A stretch of DNA of 64,000 nt. It comes from Eledone cirrhosa (lineage: Eukaryota). The position numbers and the translations under genes are program-made. Each line of letters begins with the position of its first letter. Within the stretch, counting starts at the first letter, position 1. The notes under the pieces are model-generated. The model worked only from the letters and a program-made list of their open reading frames with translations, did no database searches and was not told the DNA's origin. Positions 1 to 9,859 of the stretch are shown here, piece by piece. The stretch is from positions 43,866,944-43,930,943 of the forward strand of contig OZ024757.1 in NCBI GenBank assembly GCA_964016885.1, given 5' to 3'.

Positions 1-19
1 TTCTTTTCATTATACTTAA

Positions 20-340
20 ATGCAACCACACAGCTTGCCATTTTATTCATAGTTTCCTTCTCCGCTGAGTTTTGTCCTCATTTCTACTCATCAACAATTT
101 TGTCTTAGCTATGTTCACTCTCAGTCCTCTTAATTCCAACTCTGTTTTCATAGCCAGAATTTATTCTCAAGCTCTTCTACTGATTTTATCATCAGCATAG
201 ATAAGTTTCTGTAAACAGGATGTATTCCTACTTGTATCTGGAATTTGTCACTAAACTCCATTCCTACCCTCACTTTACTGACAGCACCTCTGTACAAAGC
301 TTGCAATGTCCTCACAAGCCATTCATCAACACCTACACCG
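20..340 (-). mobile_element. RTE-clade LINE reverse transcriptase fragment (decayed)
   Basis: Minus frames give GVDEWLVRTLQALYRGAVSKVRVG..FSDKFQIQVGIH and a YADD codon run (TATGCTGATGAT, ~187-198), broken by frameshifts. The same family recurs at ~29660-29760 (ttactgacagcacctctgtacaaagc). Confidence 0.8.
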
Positions 341-834
341 AAAAACAACCCAAACCAAACCGTGTGTTCTGTTATTATTTCTTGCAATATTTATAACAAT
401 ATGACTCTCCCCTGTTATAACTATATATATATATATATATCGTCATACAAATATGTATCGCAGCATTATCAATAAAGGACTTTAACATCTGAAAGTATTT
501 CGCATTTTATCATTATATATATATGCACACATACACACACATACACCGAGAGAGACGACATATATTTATATATGCTAGCTGAAGAACTGCCCTTTGGGCG
601 TTTTTCTGCTAGTATATATAGACATAAGTTTTTGTAGTGTCCCTTTTCTATCATTTAAAAAGAAACTGAAATGCATTTCAACTAAAAGAGTGATAGCTGT
701 TTCACATGACTGTAGAATTTCTTTGTAGACACAGTTGCCAGCAAACAGACACCTTTCATTTAATATTTTAATATTTTCTTTTTTGTGATAATGCAACATA
801 CGTGAGAATTGTGTTTGTAGATAAATGTCTGCCC

Positions 835-2900
835 TTGAAGGTTGTTTCAACTATTTGTGGTCTATCACCATGACGTAGAACTGGAAGAATTTGGTTTTAG
901 TCACCAGATACCACTAAATGGCTTTTTGCAATCTCGAACATCTTTGAAACTCCTGTCAGGCATTGAAAGATATTCTTATGTCCCATACCTCTCTCATCAA
1001 TGATTAACAGGTCAGCTTGCTGCATAAGTTTACCTGTGTCATCCCTCTTTGTGAAGAAGCAAGTTGATTCAGCAGTCATATTGAGAGGAATCGTGCACTT
1101 GGAATGAAGAGTTCTTCGTTTGTGAAGCAAAGTGGCTGCTATTCCAGATATGGCAGTGGCAAGTGCAATTATTTTTTTACATTGGAGGTAATCCATTAGA
1201 ATGCTTATGACCTGTACCTGCACTTGCATTCAAGCAGAAAATTCTGCCCTCATTTTCATTTACAGAGGTAATTACTTTGTGAAAAAGAACCAGTTGCTGA
1301 GGATTCAATGTTGGCAGAAGTTGATTTATTTGTTTGCATGGACATAAATTGCTCATGATGTTCATGCATGATATCCTCTGCAAGACAATTCTTCTATTTC
1401 TCCCAGAACTGCAGAGGGTCATTTGGCATGCAGTGCAATTAAATGGTGCAGAAGATCTGTGGCAGCTGAGGACCAACAGACTAAGTTAATCTTTATATGA
1501 AGTTTACCCAGCCTTGTGATGTATGATCATTCTGAGGTAATATAATTCAGATTGATGTCTTCTGAGAATGCGTCCAAGAGATTCACTCATAAATTGTTGA
1601 TCACCATCCAGATGTCCCCTTTTTTTCTTTGCCATTTTTTGTTTGTCCAAGTGAAATATTTAGGAATATCAATATACAATATATCTTGTTCCAGCGGGTC
1701 TCTAATATTCAGTTGAAAATATTCCGTGAACTTAGTCATTGGCTGTCCCCTAGAAAGAACTTTCTTCCTGCCCTTGCTCAAACACGACCATTTGTTCCCC
1801 AAGTAAATGGCAAGGCAACTTTCCAGAATGCTTCACTGGCTGAGATGTACCATGCATTGATATAGGTCTCAATTTCATTTCGAGCATGGACACAATTTCC
1901 TCGATCATCGTTAATAGTGAAAGTGATTTTGTCTGATCCTTTTGTGATGTACTTTAATTAGTTAACAGCCTTGACACTGTAGACAACCTCACAATTGACC
2001 ATGCTATCTACCCCTTCTTCTATACTTTGAAAAGGAACTTTTGGCAACAAATGCGGTTTGCCTTGGGATAACTGTTTGAGCATTGTTATTGTTGTCCTAG
2101 CCCTTCCTTTCATGAGCACATCATATTAACTTGTCCACATGGGCCATGAATGTTGCAAGATGGGGATGATCTTCTGTAGAATTGGAATCTCACAGTACAC
2201 TACCTGATCAATGTCATCAGCAGTTTTGTGCTTACTATCTTCAGCCATTATCTGCAGAATATGAGCATGAGTGGGGCCTCGTTTCTGCCACTCTATTGTA
2301 GCAGAACGAGCAACAACTTTTCCTAGGACATTTTCTTTTTCAGTATGTCACCCATGAGGCTGTCATACTTGATGTTGAAGAATCTTGCACAAATATCAGG
2401 ACGGTCTCTAGGTTCTTGACTAGGGTGCAAATTATTTTTTATTTCATCCCAGTTAGAGTTAGTTGTTACCGTGATGAAATAAGACGACTTTACCATGTCG
2501 AACCACAGTCATCGAATTCTGAAAGCACTCAGTGTAGAAGCGATTGGGAACCATAGATTGAAGGTGGAAGAACAATTCTCCGGCCTTCATTTACTGAATC
2601 TCCCTCAGCATCATAGAAACCCTCATACTTTTCAGCTCACATCACGGTTCGATTGTTACGGCCATTTTGAGGTGACAACATTGTATTTTTCCCTGGGCAT
2701 CTACAGCATATTGCTGCATCAGCCACCTGCTCTTCACGACAACATTAGTCACCTTGCCTAACCTGAAACCGATAACCAGTGGGTGTGAGTGTGTGGTTGT
2801 TGTCAATCCTTTTCAAACCAACCCGAAACCCATCATTCCCACAAGGAAACAGTAGCACAGGACAATATTCACATTTTCAGAGACTGGCATTTCAATGACT
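835..2900 (-). mobile_element. Helitron RepHel pseudogene (HUH Rep plus Pif1-like helicase N-part)
   Basis: Hand translation of the minus strand: LMQQYAVDA (~2700), RIVLPPSIYGS (~2560), YFITVTTNSNW..RPDICARFF (~2390-2485), HUH motif TIEWQKRGPTHAHIL (~2255-2300), IHGPCG (~2140), VNCEVVYSVKAVN*LKYITKGSD (~1930-2000), Walker-A-like FCLNASAGTG (~1215-1245), AISGIAATLL, LLIIDE. Many stops and frameshifts. Confidence 0.92.
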
Positions 2901-3140
2901 TTCTTGAAGCTTCTTATATGATAAATGTTACCTATGATCTTAAATGTGGGACTAAACCCTGGCTTTCTCCCCCCCTCTCTCTCTCTCTCTCCCATACACT
3001 GACATAAGATCATATAATTCAGCATTGTGGCTGTCTGTAAAATGTGAAAAGAAAGGCAAGGTTTTAACTGACATATAATTAGATGTATGTATTTATGCCA
3101 TGTGCGTTAATTTATATACGCACAATAGTCAGTCTCCTGA

Positions 3141-3462
3141 TCTGTTACAAACACAATTCTCAGGGCGAAACAGATTAAATCTCTAATCTGTCCGGGAGAT
3201 GAAATAGTTATTGAAACGATGTGTACATTTTACTCTATCCTGTATTTTCCGTTTGCTCGCACGAGGTGAAATATTCATTCGTGTAGCTTTTAGTTTTAGG
3301 TGTTTGTCACATTTTATCTTATCTCTCGCTGATGACGCCTACGGATTATCTGTTACAAACACAATTCTCAGGGCGAAACAGATTAAATCTCTAATCTGTC
3401 TGGGAGATGAAATAGTTATTGAAACGATCTGTACATTTTACTCTTTATCCTGTATTTTCCGT
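3141..3462 (+). repeat. Direct repeat, 208-bp period (~1.5 units), carrying hammerhead ribozyme sequence; retrozyme/Penelope-pLTR-like
   Basis: 3141-3252 and 3349-3462 are near-identical (tctgttacaaacacaattctcagggcgaaacagattaaatctctaatctgtc...tgtattttccgt). Predicted GUC cleavage sites end at 3192 and 3400. Confidence 0.85.
3319..3410 (+). ncRNA. Type I hammerhead ribozyme (canonical core)
   Basis: Stem I UUAUCUCUCG (3319-3328)/UGGGAGAUGA (3401-3410); core CUGAUGA 3329-3335 plus an extra C; stem II GCCU/GGGC with extended loop; GAAA 3375-3378; perfect 8-bp stem III ACAGAUUA/UAAUCUGU; GUC triplet with C17=3400. Confidence 0.85.
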
Positions 3463-3687
3463 ATGCTTCAGGTTAAATCTGTCAAACCAACATATATATA
3501 TATATATATGCGCTCAACCAACTGTGACGCCTAAACCAATCAGCTTTAGTAATCCAGTGAAACTACACACCGATTGGTTGAAATACAGTTTTCAAGATTT
3601 AGCATTCTGGAGCCACTTTTCACAGTGGCAAAATTTACCCATCTCATTACGGTTGAAAATTGCAAACTTGACTGTCACCACACATTA

Positions 3688-3726
3688 TGAACCTGAAGAT
3701 TGCGAAAGCATGAAAGTACTTGTTCA
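3688..3726 (+). ncRNA. Minimal type I hammerhead ribozyme (Penelope-like-element type)
   Basis: UGAAC-CUGAAGA-U-UGC(GAAA)GCA-U-GAAA-GUAC-UU-GUUCA: perfect 5-bp stem I, GNRA-capped stem II, 1-bp stem III with palindromic AGUACU. Predicted cleavage after 3721. Confidence 0.75.
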
Positions 3727-4589
3727 ATTAACACTTAACATTTAATATTCTACCATACTATTTCATTCTAATACTATTATAAATTTTAAAGGATTGTAAA
3801 TAAAACGAGTAAATCAAAGTTGGAATTCCTTTTATTAATATAATCTTCTATACATAATTATACACACCCGTGTATATCTATCTATCATATATATATATAT
3901 ATATATATATATAATGACACACACATATTGTCCTGGGTATGACATTAAACTACATCCAGTGACAAGGCTCCATTTCGGGAGTTCATGAGCTGTGGGGAAT
4001 GTGGAGTTACCCCTTAGTTGTCATAACTCCCAGGTCTGCTCTGGCCCAGAGCAGTGTTACCTGTTAGGGCCCCATTTATGGGTGAAATAATAAAAGAACC
4101 ATGTAGTCGATTTAACAGCACTAAGGTTGTCAAGGCTTATGGGCACTCTGAATGTGAGGACAATTCGGACACTGAGAAATACTTCCCTGGAACTAAGAAG
4201 ACCCCCCCCACCCCGAAAAGAGGCCCGACCCAGTGGTGCCAAACCAAAAGGTATGCTTTCTCTCTTTCTCTTTCTTTCTTTCTCTCTCTCGCATACACTT
4301 AATGTTAAAAGAAAAGCAAGCTTTGAAGTGACAAATAATTAGATACATTGATACGACGCGTCGCCCTCATATCATGTATCTGTATGGCTGTCTGTCTGAA
4401 CTTTCTAAATAAAACACACCCACACCCAACAAAGAGAACCAAATAGTTAAATTATAGAGTAGCCTAACTTGAGATTTTAATTTTTTCCATTTTTTTCATA
4501 CACAAAAATACAGATCCATAAACATTTATGTGTGTGGATCTATGTATATAGATAGTTAGATGGACAAGGGTGTCCTCACATAGGAGGTT

Positions 4590-4732
4590 TCCCGGTTGTT
4601 GTAATGATAGACTCCAGTTCTATCCCGAAAAACTTGAAATGAAGCAACTGGCTTATTAATACAATGTGCTGCCAGACCTAGGGTTTGATGTTATGTTTAT
4701 GAGTGCAGCACACTAACCATTGAAGCCCCACC
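4590..4732 (-). mobile_element. Possible decayed tRNA-derived SINE
   Basis: Minus strand starts GGTGGGGCTTCAATGGTTAGTGTGCTGCACTC (A-box-like, tRNA-like head). The B box is degenerate. Confidence 0.35.
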
Positions 4733-5254
4733 ATCACATACTGAACCTACATTAGAACACTACCACACACTACAGCACTACCAGGCACTATAACACTGCC
4801 ATACTACACTACCACCATCACACTACATCACCAACACCACCATTCTATATATTCAGATATATCATATCTACCCCACCTTTAACCCTGGCTCTTTATAACC
4901 CCTAAAATCTCTATTTCAGATATATCGTCATTCCTACGTTACCTCTAAATATGTAACTGCTTCACCACGGCCGTTGTTGTCCCTAATGAAGGGCTGGGCT
5001 CTGCTACGCAACAGCAATGTACCAGGTGGTTTTGAGAAATACTTCCCTGGAACTAAGGAGACCCTGCCACGAAAAGAGGCCCGACCCAGTGGTGCCAAAC
5101 CATAAGGTATACTTAATCTCTCTCTCTCTCTTCTAGACACTTCTATAAGGTCATATAATTGAACAGTGTGTCATTTCTAAAATGTGAAAAGAAAGGCAAT
5201 GTTTTAAGTGACATAATTAGAAAGATATAGATACAACGCCGCACACTCATATCA

Positions 5255-5530
5255 TCTATATATATAAAACTGTGTGTGTCTCCTCATTTTTGCAAAGTCT
5301 ATACAAATCCACATTTCTACTCTGATTGGCTTCAAACTTGCATTTATATATTCCTTGTGGTCTAAAGATATTAACTGCAGCTTTTATTTTTCAATTTTCT
5401 GTTTTTAAAGAGGTGTTAGGCACCAGTTATCGATCTCCATCGTGCCCTTATAATATGTTTGTATGTCTGGCTGTCTGCATAACGACATTATGATCCATGA
5501 CGTCAGCAATGACGTTAATCTTCGCCACAT
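5255..5530 (+). mobile_element. Non-autonomous Helitron, 5' part
   Basis: Starts TCTATATATATAAAACT after an A, like the element at 45294. Shares cttataatatgt..gtctggctgtctgcat with 13037-13070 and 45524-45552. Confidence 0.6.
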
Positions 5531-5578
5531 TCACACACACACGCGCATGCGCAGATATGCATATATATATATACACAC

Positions 5579-5609
<31 letters not shown>

Positions 5610-5611
5610 TG

Positions 5612-5685
5612 TGAGTTTCAGAAGATCCCGTTAAGGGTGAAAGCAGCGATTCTTTGCTTAAACTTTAATCTGTTATTTTAATAAA
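5612..5685 (+). other. Degenerate hammerhead-like motif plus AT-rich tail (third copy of the 17923-18069 palindrome arm)
   Basis: CAGAAGA-T-CCC(GTTAA)GGG-T-GAAA has the same U.U-flanked short stem II as the minimal HHRs, but carries U4A and lacks a clear UH. Near-identical to the arms at 17923-18069. Confidence 0.45.
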
Positions 5686-5768
5686 TATATATATATATAT
5701 ATCATAATTGAATATAAAAGAAAAACGAACACAGATATATACATGTGTTCAAATAGTAAGGCATGAGA

Positions 5769-6145
5769 TTCGCTAAGGTGAAAATAATACTAACTATAGA
5801 CAATTTAAGAATAAATCAATAAAATAAATACAAACTTGGCTGCTATCTTTAGTGGTGTGAGTTTGTGAGACACGCTAAGTTCAGATACCATGTGCGTTAT
5901 ATATACGCACACTATTCAGTTTTTTAATATACTTAGAAATGTCCATGATAATAATTCTTCATCCACTGATGAGCAAGAATTGGTATTCCTCTTCACAATT
6001 AATTTTGCGAAACAGCATTACCAAAGGTGTCTGGGTGATTGGTACTTACCACAATTCCGGTTTGTATTTCTTTTCTTGATTTATTCTTAAATTGAGTCTG
6101 GCAAACCCTATTGTCTCTAGTTAGTATTCTTTTCACCTTAGCGAA
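5769..6145 (+). mobile_element. Short HHR-bearing element with an inverted copy of its 3' tail (Penelope-like non-autonomous)
   Basis: 5769-5835 is the reverse complement of 6060-6145 (the right arm has a ~19-nt insertion). Internal GTGCGT/ACGCAC hairpin at ~5892-5911 also occurs at ~3102-3123. HHR at 5959-6038. Confidence 0.65.
5959..6038 (+). ncRNA. Type I hammerhead ribozyme (canonical core)
   Basis: Stem I UCAUCCA/UGGGUGA (7 bp, one G-U); CUGAUGA 5966-5972; stem II GCAAGA..AUUG/CAAU..UUUUGC; GAAA 6009-6012; stem III ACA/UGU plus C-G; GUC triplet with C17=6031. Confidence 0.82.
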
Positions 6146-7062
6146 GCTGAACCCGGTGGTCAAACGGATCGGTCCCACCCGTGACAGCAGTCGTTCGACA
6201 TAGCCCCACAGATAGGCAATGCGCGAGCACTGTACAATGCGTGTGCAACTGTTTCCTCGTCGCACCCGCATCTGGGACAGATCTTTTTCGAGGGGTCTCT
6301 ACCAGGGCGCCCGTGTCTGTAGAGCCTTTCTCGAACGGGCAGAGCCCCTCGGTGGCACTGCCAGGCCAGGGACCTCTGGAAGTTATCCATAGGTCCCGGG
6401 CTGAATGTCCTACCGAACAGGTTGGCCAGTTCGTTTTCCTCCATGCCTAGGGCTTCTCCGAGGGTGTTGCCGCACCTGCTAACCACCAGCCCTCTATAGA
6501 ATGACGAGTTGGATTCTCCACTGACAGCCGGGTCCGCCTGCCAGAGAGCCGTGAGCGCCTGGGCACACTCGGTGTGCCAGGCGCCCAATTTTCTCGGTCT
6601 TTGCTTGACCCAGGATTGCAGCTCGGTGAGCGAGACGAGTCTGGGAAAGGCTCGCCTCACAAACGGGGCCCACACCGGTTGACCGGTGATGAATACCTGG
6701 AGGTGCCGTAGCCTTAATGCGTGTTTACGCATCACCAGCCACGGCATCCCAGCCCGCCTTTCGAAGGGTGTTGACAGCAGATGGATCTCCTCACCATAGG
6801 AGCCCGCTTCTTCCAAAGGAATTGGAAGAGTGTGCGCTCCATTTTGGAGAGCGTTTCCCTTGGGCAAGGCACGACGGTCAGGCGGTAGTAGATGTGTTCG
6901 CCACCTCCGCCCGACGACGGCATTAACAACTCCAACTTCTGCAGCAGTGGCTCTAGTCATTACATACAGAAGGGAGGAGAGAGGGCACCCTTGTCGGATG
7001 GACCGCGCGATTTCGAACGGCTCCGAGAGGTAGCCGTTCACCTTGACAAGAGCAGAAGTGCG
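6146..7062 (-). mobile_element. L1/Tx1-clade LINE ORF2 fragment (RT motif plus C-terminal zinc finger), internally deleted
   Basis: ORF 6160..7131 contains VKVNGYLSEPFEIARSIRQGCPLSSLLY and CPRCGCDEETVAHAL. ORF 6732..6935 contains LFQFLWKKR..HPSKGGLG. The YADD region is missing and the fragment is frameshifted. Confidence 0.88.
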
Positions 7063-7074
7063 TGCCTGCCTGCC

Positions 7075-8236
7075 TGCCTGCCTTAAGTCGTCCATGTTGT
7101 GGCTCCAGGTGAAGAGTTTGTACCTGAGCACAAATATGCGTGCTCATTTGCATGGTGACATGTCTGCAGCATTTGGTCAGAATATTTTAGCACTTTGTGA
7201 GGGCAAGGTCCCTGCGGATGACAAAGGCGGAATAGCAATCGACTCCCTGTGCAACATTGTGAGCAGCCCTTCTGACCTTTTGGAAGCAGTTTTTCCTAAT
7301 GTCTCATCTAACTTTAAAAACCTCGATTAGCTCAGCGAAAGAGCCATCCTTGCTCGGAAAAATACCATGGTTAATTTTATTAACGAGCAGCTGATTGAGA
7401 AGATTCCCGCTAAAGAACACGTCTTCAAATCTATCGACCTGGCGTCAGACCCCGACGATATCGTTAATTATCCGGTTGAGTTATTAAATTCCCTTGAGCC
7501 CCCAGGGCTCCCACCTCTTATTCTTAAGCTTAGGCTGTCCCATTATGCTAATAAGGAACTTGCGTCCACCAAAGCAGTGCAACGGTACTCGCATGGTCGT
7601 CAAGTCAGTGACGCTCCACTTGATTGAGGCCACCATTGTAACGGGGTGCTGGAGAGGGGAGAATGTTTTCATTCCAAGGCTGAACCTTTGCCCCTCGGCG
7701 TCAGATATCCCGTTCGATTTCCGGCGATCCCAATTCCCGGTGAGACCATTTTTTTTTTTCCAAGTCCATTAACAAGTCACAAGGGCAAACATTGTTGGTG
7801 GCGGTCATCCATTTGGGGGAGCCATGCTTCTCCCATGGCCAACTTTATGTTGCCAGTTTCCGCGTATGGAGCAGGAATGGACTTTTTGCTTACACTCCTC
7901 AAGGGATGACACGCAATATCGTCTACAATGAAGTGCTATAGATGTTTGAGTTATGCCGTCTGGAAAACTGGTTGGGTCACCCATAGCGGACAGATCTGAC
8001 ACGCAGCGGCATCAGGGCCACCATCTTGCAACTTTGTTCTATTAAATTCGCTATTGGAAGATTATTAAGCCATCATTGATTGTCCAAAATGCTAATTGGT
8101 TCGTAACTATTAATAACCGGTTCAACTGCTTTATGCACTTAATTGATAAGATTATGCGCTTTCAAGCTACGTTTACCTGTATGTAACTTTTCATAGCAAA
8201 TGAACAAACCCGAGTAACGCCGGGCTAAACTGCTAG
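7075..8236 (+). mobile_element. Helitron 3' half: Pif1-like helicase C-terminus pseudogene plus canonical 3' terminus
   Basis: LKSSMLW..LSTNMR, YPVELLNSLEPPGLPP, GCPIMLIRNL..CNGTR, RRSQFPV, INKSQGQTL, FSHGQLYVA. 3' hairpin CCCG-AGTAACGC-CGGG (8209-8224), then CTAG (8233-8236) followed by T. Confidence 0.93.
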
Positions 8237-9039
8237 TTATCAATAATGTTATATCTCGCAATGGCCATACTCGATAACGAGGGCGCAGTCATTATGTATG
8301 GTGTTGTGATTTTTATGTACAGTATATTATTATTAGATGGGTAACGTGCCTGCAGTAATCGGTAGAGCGTCCTCTCAAAATGTTTGCATTTTGCCCAAAG
8401 CAGAAACAATTATTATTGTTGTTTGTAGTATTAGTAGTAGTATTCATTCTATTTTGTGTTCCACGTGGTTGATATTTCATCACCACAACACCACCACACC
8501 ACTACATCACCACGCCACCACACCAACATACACCACCAACACACCACTACACCAACACTGTCACCACCAGTTGGGCTACGTAGTCAAAGTGAAGGAAATA
8601 GAATTGGTGAAAGATAGACATACTGATAGAAAGATATATGTATATATAGAGAGAGGAGGGGGGTAGATAGAAAGACACAGTTATAGAGATACAGACAATT
8701 ACGCGTGTTGTTGTTTCTTTGATTCCGATAATACACATGTGTATCTAACAGTGATGATATGTCATATAGATTATTGAGAGGAAATGAATATTTACAAAGA
8801 AAAGCTGAAATATAATTTTAAAAAAATTAACGAATATTTATTTTTTATCTTTTGGAGTCAGTCAACATTTACCGCCATGTTCTTTGTTCTTTGTTAACAA
8901 TAAAAGAATCTAATTTCTGACATACACCCTACTTCCGATCTTTAACCGCAGCCATTATATCAGAATGTATCTGTGCGTATGTCAAACTGAGTGCATGTGT
9001 ATGGGTAGGTGTATATATAAAAATGTGTGTGTGAGTTGG

Positions 9040-9820
9040 TCCCAGGTTCAATCTGGGGTAACCACAGTAAGGTACTCAATACATAGCAGAGTATAAATAT
9101 TGAATCTAGAAATGTCTTCTGCAGGAGTAGAACTGTATATTATATATATAATTTGTCTGTGGTATATATAGATGAATGTTTGATGCTGAATCTCCCCGAG
9201 AATCACGCTCTAAGTGTTTATATTTATCTAAAAACCTTTATGTCCCAAACACTCTTTTCGGCTGAGTATTTTACAGCTGACAATGTAGCGACAGCCAGTT
9301 TTGGAGCATGGCACAACTATGCGAAGTGACCAGTGATATCATTATGAGGAGGAAGAGGCCAGTTTGCCGCACCGAATCCTTCTCACAGCGGCACCCCAAT
9401 TTCGGAGCCGGGCCCTCTCCCCGCGATGGATACTTCTCAATACGAAAGACGACCGTGGCAGCCTGGGACTAGATTGCACTGTTATGAGAAGTGACAGTCC
9501 AGTTGGCCGCTCGAAACCCCTTTCACAGCGGCAGCACAGTATCGGATGCAAGTACTGTGAATTGGATGGACACTTCTCAATACAAAACGTGCTAAGGTGT
9601 GACTTGACAATGATGAGAAACCGGAACCAGACATTGTGAAGGACTGTTTGAGGGGAGGGATGTATGTATACGGTCATTAAAACACACGCACGCTCGTATA
9701 TAATTCTCCTGAATGAAAGTTATAGTCATGTAGAAGTCATTACTATATTAAATATTTATACTCTGTTATGAATTGAGTACCTTACTTACTGTTGTTAGCT
9801 GTGATTGAACCCGGAATAAA
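9040..9820. mobile_element. ~780-bp element bounded by diverged ~95-bp inverted repeats
   Basis: 9040-9136 is the reverse complement of ~9720-9815. Both match 16588-16685, the sequence just downstream of the minimal HHR at 16557. Confidence 0.65.
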
Positions 9821-9859
9821 CTTTACACGTTTTTGGAAACACCCTGTATATATATCATT

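Larger units (their letters stand above)
2975..5255 (+). repeat. Three diverged copies of a short interspersed segment (~2975-3085, 4174-4376, 5034-5255)
   Basis: All share (CT)n followed by aatgt(g/t)aaaagaaa(g/a)gcaa..tgaca..taattaga. Copies 2 and 3 also share gagaaatacttccctggaactaag...gaaaagaggcccgacccagtggtgccaaacc. Confidence 0.75.

Noticed and set aside
186-200. CTGATGA on the minus strand
   Set aside because: It is the YADD codons of the RTE fragment; no hammerhead stems.
9240-9310. Minus-strand GGCTG/CAGCC stem followed by GAAA
   Set aside because: No CUGANGA upstream and no convincing stems I or III.
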